The notes below the pieces were generated by a model. The model had not been told where the DNA came from. It saw only the letters and a program-made list of their open reading frames with translations, and ran no database searches. Below are positions 50,723 through 60,980 of a stretch of DNA of 64,000 nucleotides, piece after piece. The stretch is taken from positions 62,001 to 126,000 of the forward strand of contig NW_026923075.1 of assembly GCF_032062105.1 (NCBI RefSeq), read 5' to 3'. The position numbers and the translations under genes were made by a program. The stretch's first letter is position 1. The number at the start of each line of letters is the position of its first letter. The DNA is from Saccostrea cucullata (Eukaryota).

Positions 50723-51977
50723 TGTAACAGTTGACTATTTCTTCTGCTATACAATAGAGTTGTACCTAGTCCTAACCGTCTACAGTAAGTAAAACATCCA
50801 AATACGAAACAGGTGTAACATACTATATTACTCTGTGGTTTTCCCAAGTCATTTTATTAGTTCATATCTAAACGACTTATGGATGGAAATTAACAGTATT
50901 AATTGATGAAACAATAATTGTTTTGTCTATTTATTATAAAATTTATTTACAGCTAGTCCCTAAGCAATCTATACACACGTGTCTACCTGAAGGTTTTGGA
51001 ATAAATTTTGTTGGTGTTGGTGTTAAAGGGATTTCAACAACCTCGTTTTAAAGTCAGCATTACGTAAATGCTATGGTCTTTATTTGATGACTCTGCACTA
51101 GTAGCATATATAACCTTTCACTAGATCTTATTTTACTTGACTTGTTTTGTAAGTCACTGAATTGTTAGATTTTTTTAAATTAAATTTGCTTGTCAAACTT
51201 TTATTTTTTCTTCTCAATTCTGACTTAAATATTTTGACATCGAAAGAAACTGTAAGACAGAGAGTCATATTTTGTTTTAAAAGGTATTTTTTACTAATGT
51301 TTACGAAGACTTTGAATATTGATGAACTGGGCTGGGCACAGCTTGATACTTAAGGTTTGATCGGACACAATGCTTGACATGGTTAAAACATACAATCCTG
51401 GTATAGATATACCTTTAAAGGAAATAATAATGAAATTTGCCCCGTACCCACATGCGCCATCCATTCCGTTAGGTCTGAAGTCCACTTAATTTGGGGCATT
51501 CATGTATTATGTAGACAAGCGATGTGAATATAATTTATTGGTCATTCAAGATTCCTGAAGGGAGGGAGACAAGGTACAAGAAATGAAGAATAACAAGTCG
51601 TAATATAAACTAATGACAGATAACAGCTATAGGTACACAAAGTCACTGAGTCACGGTCACAGCAGATGTCTTTATAGAAACCTCAGACAAACACCAAAAG
51701 TTGTTTATATATTATATATGTATTAGGTGAGAAGTTGTTGGACTTTGAACCCAAACAGTAAACGTTCTCTAACTGTCTCTTTTCTTTCATGACTGGTGAT
51801 TTATAAAAGATTATATAAACAATCGAAGGCTTTGAAATATCGTTAGTTTAAAATGTATTTCTATCGGAAACAGGGTCGTTCGATCTTTGATGATTTATGT
51901 AGCATTCATAAATAAATTAATTTTTTAAGCACGTATAAATTCTAGAAGTCATCAAACCTTACTCGTAATGTTTACGG

Positions 51978-52046
51978 TATAAAATAACCTGCACGTCTGA
52001 CCGATTACCCCTATATGACGTCACTTGCCAAAGTCCTTCAGTAAGT
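51978..52046 (+). promoter_or_regulatory. Candidate UCP core promoter / non-coding first exon
   Basis: TATAAAA at 51978-51984, palindromic CRE TGACGTCA at 52016-52023, donor-like CA|GTAAGT at 52041. Acceptor ttactcag at 54301-54308 lies 37 nt before the UCP ATG. Confidence 0.4.
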
Positions 52047-53442
52047 ATGAGGCACTAGCTTAAACCAGGAGTTCAAACGAATTAAACACATTGGGCAAAC
52101 AACCTTATTACATGTACTTTCTGTTACATTGGATTTAAATGAAATTCTGAAGGTAATTCTTGAATTATACTACATTGACAAAATCGAACTACTTTCCAAT
52201 TTCTATCGCGACTATGTCATGTACAGAAATGAAAATTCCGTTCGAAATAATTATCCTGGATTTATTTATAAATATTTCAAGTTGTTTATCTTGATAGTTT
52301 TGAAGTGAATTTAAGTCTATTTTGTGATTTTAAATTGTTTCGTTTAATCGTATTCGAATCGCTCATCTGTACAAGCTATAAATAAATGTATAACTACAAC
52401 CAGTTAATTTACTTTATACAAGAAGAGCTCTTCCGCCGTCGACTATGATTTGTAAATGATGGGAAAAAAAATCGATTTCAGTGAAATTATTCCAATATTT
52501 ATCATTTAATAATTGATCTGAAATTTGTGAAGTACAACATACCTGCTCCTTTTATAACAGGCTAAAACCTTTATAATATACATGAGCTTTCTTTTTAATG
52601 ATTTTTTTTTTGAATTCGTGTTTTTAAAAAAAATTTCCTAAATTTCTTATGCTTTTGACAACGTTGTGTTTGTGTTGTTTGTATGTTATTTGAAGCCATA
52701 TAGAATTTTTTTCACTCGTCACCAATTGCCGCAAATTTTTTCACTCGTCACCGCAAATTTTGTCCTATACTCAGCACTCGACAAGTTAATGTGATTTACA
52801 AATTGTAAAATTCACCAACTCCCAACATGCCTAATAAAGAGATCAAACCATACCAGATCAGACAAAATGCACATGACCTTCTCAGCCAATTAGATTCTGT
52901 TTTACTATAGATTTTTTGTACGATATACTTATTTTTTATCTCTTATTATTATTAAATTTTGAATTTTATACCTCCTGGATCAGGGGTCCTGGTGTAAGAA
53001 CGGGGCTCTAATGATGATATACATGTATTGGAAATACATTAATTCTAAGCATATAGCTATGATGAGTAGGTGCTTCTTTAAGAATTGTAAATTCTAAGAC
53101 CACTGGGTCAGAGGTACTGGGAGGAAGCTCAACTGATTAATTATACTGAAAGTGAATTAATGCTTTGAAATCTGCTTTTTTTAATTAATCAAATATTTTT
53201 ATGTGCAAAGGTGCCGATTCCAAAATTTTGAAATGTGTGGTCCCGGGATCAGGGGTTCGTGTGGAGTGGGGCACTACTGATTATAATCATTATATAGTGG
53301 AAATGCATTTTTTTCCTTGTTCATCTATTCTGCCTTTGGGTATTAAGAAATCAAACTAAGCAAGTTGTTGACACTTAAGTACATGCTCTGAGTACCGGGT
53401 ACAATCAATTTTAAACCTAGGCAGGCCACAAACGGATAAGTT

Positions 53443-54272
53443 GATGTTACAGGGACTCATCAACCTCGTCTCTAGTCGTCATTTTGTAAATTCTATGGTC
53501 GGGTTCTTGTTAACAAATATAACCTATATCATTGCTGCAGGATAGCTTTATGGTTTTTAATTTTAGTATTTTACCATAACGCTATAAATCCTGTAATGGA
53601 AATACGGCGCAACTTACGACACAAGATTTCTGCGAACTTTTAGAATGTTTTTCTCTATTTTCCACCATTGGTCAATTAATTAACTACCTTTCATTTATAT
53701 CCTTTTAGAAACCTGTATATTTTATCCACTTTTTAACTCTTTACAGCTCGTCTTTACAGGCAAATTAACTTTCTTGTTTTGAATGTTCTACCATGCGACA
53801 AAATACTAGTAATCAAAACGAGGGTTTATTGGTCTATATAAACAACTATAAAGAGTAAGAGGATGGGGGTAAAACATCCAGGTTGGATAAATAATATATC
53901 TAGATTTGTGAGTGAAAGGTAGTTGATTGACCAATGATGGAAAGTGGAAAGCCTTGCGACGTAAATTGCAACACATTTACGAAAACGGGATCTGTAGCGT
54001 TGTGTAACGCTACAGTTCTGCAACTAAACCTATCATTGCGTCGTATTTTTGTTGACTTCTTCATGCCAATTGTTAGACCTTTGTTTTTTATTCAAAATTT
54101 TACTACGAAATACTCTGTATACCTTAGCAATATATAGGGTTCACGGTGGGTGTAAGGGGATGCTTAATACTCTAAAGCACCTGATCCAACCTCCGTAATT
54201 TCCAGGGTCCCTGTTTACTGTATTGTTCTCAGTTTGGTTTAGGTCGATCATCGTTCGTTATCTTCGCATTTT
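53443..54272 (+). mobile_element. Penelope-like 3' fragment interrupted by a ~490 bp hairpin-ended element (about 53535-54025)
   Basis: PLE sequence aagttgatgttacaggga...ttctatggtcg...aacctat resumes as aacctatcattg...cacctgatccaacc...tcgttcgttatcttc. The insert ends with hairpin ctgtagcgtt-gtgt-aacgctacag. Confidence 0.5.
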
Positions 54273-54345
54273 GCGGTATATAAAATTTGTTATTTTTAAC
54301 TTACTCAGTTCCTGTAAAGACTAAACTTGATGACAGATTCAAAGA

Positions 54346-55824
54346 ATGACAAAATCCAATCAAGGGCACTGGGGACTGAGCCCTGAGCCAGCATTGGGAG
54401 TAAAGGTGGTTAGAACTGACGCTCCTCTCTGGATCAAACTGGTCAGTGCTGGGACTGGGGCCTGCATAGCTGACGTGGTTACATTTCCTCTTGATACTAC
54501 CAAAGTCAGACTACAGGTTAGCCATGAAGTTTTAATTGATAATCTAGTCTTTGCGACTATTTTATAAGATTGTTATTCTACTAGGTCTTCTCGTTGAAAC
54601 AACGACAGCATCCTCACGTCAGGGGACCTGAGCCCACTCGTGACTGTGGGACCTCTGACAAACTTTATGCCATTTTTTACGAGCTGATAACAAAGTCTTT
54701 CAGGCAGGGAAATTATAAATCCTGATTCTTGTTCTCAACTATTGACTACAGCTACTTCTGATTGTATAGAAATATTGTACCATAAAATAAACTTATTTAT
54801 TGAGTTATTCATTTTTTTTTTTTGATTAAGAAACTGATCCACTTCATATTTGTATTAAAGCTGACAAGTAACCATTATTTACTGTAGGTACAGGGTGATG
54901 TTGGTTTTCATAGTAAGTACTCTGGCGTTGTTCGGACGATTCTGACAATTTTCCACGAGGAAGGCGGAAGAGGATTGTACAGAGGACTAATGGCGGGCTT
55001 ACAGCGGCAACTCTGTTTCTCCACAATAAAACTCGGCTGCTATGACGATGTCAAGAAGTTGTACGCAAATCTTTTATTAACAGGTAGTAATAAACTTTAT
55101 AAAACAGAAACTTTATCAACTTTATCGGTAATATATGTTGGACGGGTTTATTGGTATTAATAATTTTTTCTGTTTCCTAATTCAAATAGAGGACAATAAA
55201 CCAAACAGAACCCCTGTTTCAATCCGAATTTTGGCGGGAGTCACAACGGGGATACTTTCTGTTGCGGTTGCGCATCCAACCGACACCGTCAAAGTTCGCA
55301 TGCAGGCTCAGAGTGGCAACAACCTTCGGTATGCTAGCACTTCTGATGCATACAAGAAGATATATAACACGGAGGGGGTGAAAGGACTCTGGCGTGGTAA
55401 CATGAGGATAAATACACTTCTTTTGAAATGCAATGCCTCACATTTTAGTACTTTTTCTTCTTATTTTGTATCTTGTGCATAATTTTTTTTTTAGGTTGCT
55501 TACCAAATATGTCAAGGAACGGCATTGTAAACGTAGCAGAAGTTGTTACTTATGATGTCATTAAAAGTCATTTGATAGGTAGTGACGTCATGTCAGAGGG
55601 GGTTCAGTGTCACTTGGTGTCAGCGTTTGCGGCGGGATTTTGCGCAACTGTTGTCGCTTCCCCAGTTGATGTAGTAAAGACTCGCTACATGAACTCCTCG
55701 TCATCTCGGTACAGAAATGTCATTCACTGTGCCACAGAGCTATGGAAGGCAGGTGGCTTTAGAGGTTTTTATAAAGGGTATGTAATTAAAACATCTTGTC
55801 AAAAATTTGTATAATATCAACAAG

Positions 55825-55869
<45 letters not shown>

Positions 55870-56926
55870 CATTTTGTCCGTCGTCCGTCCGTTTGCCTGT
55901 CCGTCCATCCGTCTGTAAACTTTTCACATTTTCGACTTCTTCTCAACAACCAATGGGCCAATTTTAACCAAACTTGGTACAAAGCATTCTTGGGTGAAGG
56001 GGAGTTAAAAATTGTTAAAACGAAGGGCCAAGTCCCCTTACAAGGGGAGATAATCAAGAAAAGACAAAAAATGGGTGGGGTCACTAAAAAAATCTTCTTC
56101 TCAAGAACCACTGGGCCAGGAAAGCTGAAACTTATGTGGAAGCATCCTTGGGTAGTGTAGATATTAAATTTTTAAAATCATGACCCCCGGGGGTAGGGCG
56201 GGGCCACAATAGGAAATCCAAGTTTTACATAGAAATATAGAGAACAAATCTTTAAAAATCTTCTTCTCAAGAACCACTGGGCCAGGAAAGCTGAAACTTA
56301 TGTGAAGCATCCTTGGGTAGTGTAGATTTTAAATTTTTAAAATCATGACCCCCGGGGGTAGGGCGGGGCCACAATAGGGAATCCAAGTTTTACATAGAAA
56401 TATATAGAACAAATCTTTAAAAATCTTCTTCTCAAGAACCACTGGGCCAGGAAAGCTGAAACTTACGTGGAAGCATCCTTGGGTAGTGTAGATATTAAAT
56501 TGTTAAAATCATGACCCCCGGGGGTAGGGCGGGGCCACAATAGGGAATCCAAGTTTTACATAGAAATATATAGAACAAATACTTAAAAATCTTCTTCTCA
56601 AGAACCACTGGGCCAGGAAAGCTGAAACTTATATGGAAGCATCCTTGGGTAGTGTAGATATTAATAGAGTAGATATTAAATTGTTAAAATCATGACCCCT
56701 GGGGGTAGGGCGGTGCCACAATAGGGAATCCATGTTTTACATAGAAATATATAGAACAAATCTTCTTCTCAAGAACCACAGGGCCAGGAAAGCTGAAACT
56801 TATATGGAAGCATCCTGGGATAGTGTAGATTCTAAAGTTTTAAAATCATAAAAGGGAAGGGGGTAGTGGGGCATGATAGGTATAGCAAGATGGGGAATCT
56901 GGTAAAGAACTGCATCACCCAAGTTA

Positions 56927-56960
<34 letters not shown>

Positions 56961-57181
56961 ATTATTTTAAATTTATATTCCAGTTAATCTGAAATACAAA
57001 GTCTATTTTCACTTCCAGATTTCTGCCTGCATTACTAAGAATTGGTACATGGAATGTGTTGATGTTCTTGAGTTATGAGCAAATAAAACTTCTTATTCAG
57101 CCACCTTTGGCACAAATTACTTCACATTCTAGGGACGTTGAAAAAGCAACGCAGATCCTCTTCAAAGACAAACATACATAA
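54346..57181 (+). CDS. UCP2: Mitochondrial uncoupling protein, UCP1/2/3 core-clade type (SLC25), 339 aa
   Basis: Exons 54346-54516, 54888-55083, 55190-55396, 55495-55777 and 57019-57181, all GT-AG and in frame (1020 nt). Three carrier signatures ([36 protein letters not shown]) and UCP motifs [51 protein letters not shown]. Confidence 0.93.
55825..56960 (-). mobile_element. Helentron-type non-autonomous element (Cg_HINE-like) carrying about 4.5 copies of a ~166 bp satellite monomer (Cg170/HindIII-like), in UCP intron 4
   Basis: Terminal hairpin agctcacctgagcc-gaa-ggctcaagtgagct, a (GTCC)n microsatellite, units starting aatcttcttctcaagaacca at 56091, 56257, 56422, 56588 and 56759, matching subterminal repeat ctcaggtgagc at 56927-56937, and end ggcccatgggcctcttgt. 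Confidence 0.9.
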
Positions 57182-58124
57182 ATTCACATTGGAACTAAAT
57201 CTACACATGTACATGTATATATAAATGAAGATTTAATACACCCTAAATGATAAAATGTAGTATCAACAATTCAGTCAAGTTCTATTTTGATAAGTGCAAT
57301 AAAATTTATCATCTTCAGAAAAGAAATTCATTACAGTGTTAAACTTAATCAAGTAAATATTGCAGGATTTGAAGTTGTTACCATATTGATATAAGATTGT
57401 TAATATTTAAAATGCTATTGTAAAACAACCTTTTCTTATGTGTATGTGTAAACTCCTTTTACTGTTTTAAATCACAATGTAATAAATCTATATTGTTGGA
57501 ATTGTTATGCCGTATAGTTTATAGTTATGTTATAGTTTTATTTCATGTTTTTATACCATGGTTTAGCCAAGTTGACTTGTATATTTTTAATATGTATATG
57601 ACAAGTTATTTATATACGGTGTACAAATAAATATTGAATATTTTCTTTTTTTGTCATGACATGTATTGTTTCATATTTGAAATAAAATATAAACTAAAAT
57701 ATTTTAAGTTTTAAATAACAATAGTTTGGTATTTTCATTTAATGCATGAATGATCAAGAAAGATAGGCAAGGATAACACATCTCTAAAATGCCATATTTA
57801 TTGTAGTATAGATCTTTTTCTCCGTTTACATGAGGAATACTTTTACCACTGGATTATAATTCTGCAGAATCACAATTTCTATTTGATCTATTGTTAGAAA
57901 TTTTTATTGTTATTTTAGTTTGACTCAGGATTCCTTAAATGTACTCTAAATACACTAGGGAAATTTTTGCAGGAAATTTGTAACCAAATTGAAATACAAA
58001 GGGTAAATTAAAATGACACAGAAAAATGTAATTTTTCAATACACCCTAGTAGTACCCTAATGAATGTACATGTATATTGAAAGGTAAAAAATGAAATGAA
58101 GGGTTAACACAATGCTTACATTAA

Positions 58125-59292
58125 GCATGGAACATGGAATAGGGAAAGAACTTGTAGACTGGATAAGGAACTACCTAAGTGGAAGGAAACAACAAGTATC
58201 CATAAACGGGGCAACATCAAAATGGCATAACGTAACTTCTGGCATTCCACAGGGGTCAGTAATTGGGCCGATAATGTTCGTTATATTTATCAACGATCTC
58301 CCTGATATCGTGAGCTCTACTGTGTACCTATTTGCCGACGACACGAAAATCTTCAATATAGTTAAGGGTAGGGAAGATAAAATGACACTTCAAAGAGATC
58401 TTGAGAAACTAACAGAATGGAGTAACACCTGGCTCCTAAAGTTCCATCCAGATAAATGTAAACACATGCACATTGGAAAGAAAGACCCAGACCAAGACTT
58501 TGAGTACGAGCTGTTAGGACGCACTCTGGAGAAGGTACAAGAGGAAAAAGACATAGGAGTCATCATAGATGAACAACTCAGCTTTGACAGACACATAAGC
58601 GAGAAGGTGAAAAAGGCAAACTCTATTTTTGCAATGTTAAGGCGAACGTTTCAACATTTGGATGAAGAAACTTTCATTCCTCTTTATAAGACACTTGTCA
58701 GGACACATTTAGACTATGCGAGTTCGGTCTGGTTCCCTTTCAAATCAAGACACATAGAGATGATTGAAGGAGTGCAGAGAAGAGCTACCAAGCAGATTCC
58801 AGGATTGGCAAAATTAAGCTATGAAGAAAGGTTGAAGAAACTAAAACTACCAACGCTGAAGTACAGGCGCCACCGAGGAGATATGATTGAAGTATACAAA
58901 ATAACAAGTGGAAAGTATGACCCATTAGCAGCAGACTTTATCAAGTTAAGGAGAGACCACGTTATGAGGGAACAAGGAAGAGGGAATTCCAAGAAGCTAT
59001 TTGTACAGAGACCGAGACTCAATATAAGAAAATTCAGCTTCAGTGTTAGAACTGTCAGTCTATGGAATAGCTTACCAGAGGACGTTGTTAGTGCTAAAAC
59101 TCTGAATACTTTCAAGAATAGACTAGACAACTTCTGGAAGGACCAGGATGTGCTCTATAACTACAAAGTAGACTTTAAAACCGATTACACCGGTAGTCAC
59201 CCAAGTAGTTACAAAGCAAGTTTGGAGTCCGACGAAGAGGACCTTGACAGGACCTGTGTTGGAAAAATACCATAAGTAACCATAAGTAAGTA
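58125..59292 (+). mobile_element. 5'-truncated CR1/L2-clade LINE with an uninterrupted RT-C-terminal ORF (to stop at 59275) and a short tandem 3' tail
   Basis: SGIPQGSVIGP, FINDLP, LFADDTKI, WLLKFHPDKC, EKDIGVII, LYKTLVRTHLDYASSVW, IEGVQRRATK, RVSLWNSLP-like motif. Tail accataagta-accataagta-agta. Confidence 0.92.
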
Positions 59293-59464
59293 TTAATGTA
59301 AATACAAATACATACATGTATGTACAAAAATTTAAAGATAAAGAAACTGGTTCACAAACAAAGCAAGATACTTTCAATTCAACAGTTGAAGTGCATTGTA
59401 TGAAGTTTGAGATGAGCTGCCTTTTTTTAGAAAAATAAAAATAAAATGTGGTTCCAACTACAAT

Positions 59465-60686
59465 TTAGTCAAAAACTACACCATGGGCAGCCTTCCTCTT
59501 TTTGCTGGTCGGATTCACAACACTCATGCCGACTTTTTTGGGTTTGGGTTTGGCATGGGATTCTCTTTTAGAGCCTATATCTAGGGCAGAATTTCCTGCA
59601 CCAGTATTAGCAGTTTGGGACTTCAGGGTGTCTATGGTCTTGTTTGCTACTGCAAGCTCTTCTTCAAGTTTTGAAGAGGACATTGCTAATTTAAACAAAA
59701 GTTCTTGTAGTTCTGTTTTCTTCTCAGCGGCCTTGCATTCATATAGGTCAAAAGTCAATGCACTCACTCCCTTTCCAATGGTAAGAGTAATTTTGTTTCC
59801 AATCATTGCAACAGAAAGATCTCCATCTGTAAAGCCTTTCCTGTTAAAAATAATGTAACTATTATATTAGACTAAATACAAATCATTGTCTATATAAATT
59901 AAAATTTTTTGGGGAAAAACTCCTGCATTCCTGCAAAGTGCCTATGTACAAAAATGTTTTAATTAAAACAAAAAGATATTTTATAGGATCCAAACAATTT
60001 TTATGCTATATAATTGATAAAGGGAAATTAATTTCTTTGGCTGAAATATGTTCATGTCAAAAGATATCTCATCCTTCAATGATCATTTTTTTTTTCTTTC
60101 AACATTTTCCATGCAGTTTTTGATTTATCTAACTTGGACTCAAACATGTGCCTCAAACTTTCCTGATTATTCTTTAAATCAAACACCACAGATGATAGTG
60201 TATTTAGATTTCCTGACACAGAGTCAGAACATGTTTGTTTTGGTGCCACATATACCGGACGGTATTGTTATTCAGTGCCATTTCCTTGAGCTTTCTTTCT
60301 GAGGTTTTCATAACCGAGATTCACTGTATTTTATAATATACAAATGTAATTTCATTGGAAAATATCCTACTTCTGATAAAATTTATAAATCTAATTTCCC
60401 CTATCAATTTAAATGATAAAATTAAAACGCTATTGGACACGCAGAGCTTTTTTTACCTAATTTTCAATAAAAATGCCTCATTTGATGAAGTCTCTGACAA
60501 TTCTCTATGTGACTCAAATTCATCTTCATCCATCTCAAGCCGCCAGATATCAAGACCGTCCGTCACATTAAGAGACCAATTTGTTCCCATTTTTGTAAAA
60601 CAAATGAAACGCTGACGTCCATTTTCGACTATTTTGTGTAAATCAATAACCTTTGCCCCCAAAATACTGTCTTTGTAAGATGACAT
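59465..60686 (-). CDS. PAXX: PAXX (paralog of XRCC4 and XLF), NHEJ factor, 201 aa
   Basis: Exons 60457-60686 and 59465-59840 (phase 2, GT-AG, 606 nt). Head RFICF...WSLNVTDGLDIW...ITLTIGKGVSALTFDL resembles human RFVCY...FNLYVTDAAELW...ASLTLSGGPSALAFDL. Coiled coil LQELLFKLA...LEEELA. C-terminal GMSVVNPTSKKRKAAHGVVFD resembles the Ku-binding tail GESLINPGFKSKKPAGGVDFD. Confidence 0.9.
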
Positions 60687-60980
60687 TATTTAGGCGGTAG
60701 GTCATTCAGACGAAAAAAGATTTTTAGTGTTATGACACTTGTTATCAGTTTCTCTTTTTCATGGAGGCAGACATCTTGGATATTTTCCCCAAAACGAAAT
60801 AAATAAATTTTACCATATTTTCTTACTTTGAAAAAATGAGCAAACTTTCTAAAAATATTTTTATGCAAACAAGCATTTATATTTAAATTTGTTTTTTTAA
60901 GATATGTAAATGAAAAATCGCAGATATTCGTTTTACCATTTCTTATTCCGTGTTTTCAATTAGCAACCATCGTAAACAAC
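60687..60980. promoter_or_regulatory. Bidirectional promoter between PAXX and EFCAB2 (294 bp between start codons)
   Basis: Divergent ATGs at 60686 (-) and 60981 (+). X-box-like GTTTTCAATTAGCAAC ending at about 60967, forkhead GTAAACA at 60972-60978, YY1-like AACATGGCG across the EFCAB2 ATG. Confidence 0.7.

Noticed and set aside
55827-56111. 94-aa ORF, and similar ORFs at 6726, 23342, 30208, 45207 and 62796
   Set aside because: These are chance translations of Helentron-type repeats and microsatellites.
56091-56850. CRISPR-like array
   Set aside because: Whole 166-bp units repeat with no unique spacers. This is a eukaryotic satellite, and no cas genes are present.
58112-59275. Domesticated stand-alone reverse transcriptase gene
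   Set aside because: It starts mid-RT, lacks the endonuclease and early RT motifs, takes its ATG from flanking DNA and ends in a LINE-type tail. It is a 5'-truncated insertion.
9057-59858. Antisense ORFs over real exons (9057, 17586, 26345, 40022, 54844, 58171, 58390, 58819, 59502)
   Set aside because: These are shadow frames expected opposite coding sequence, with no independent support.
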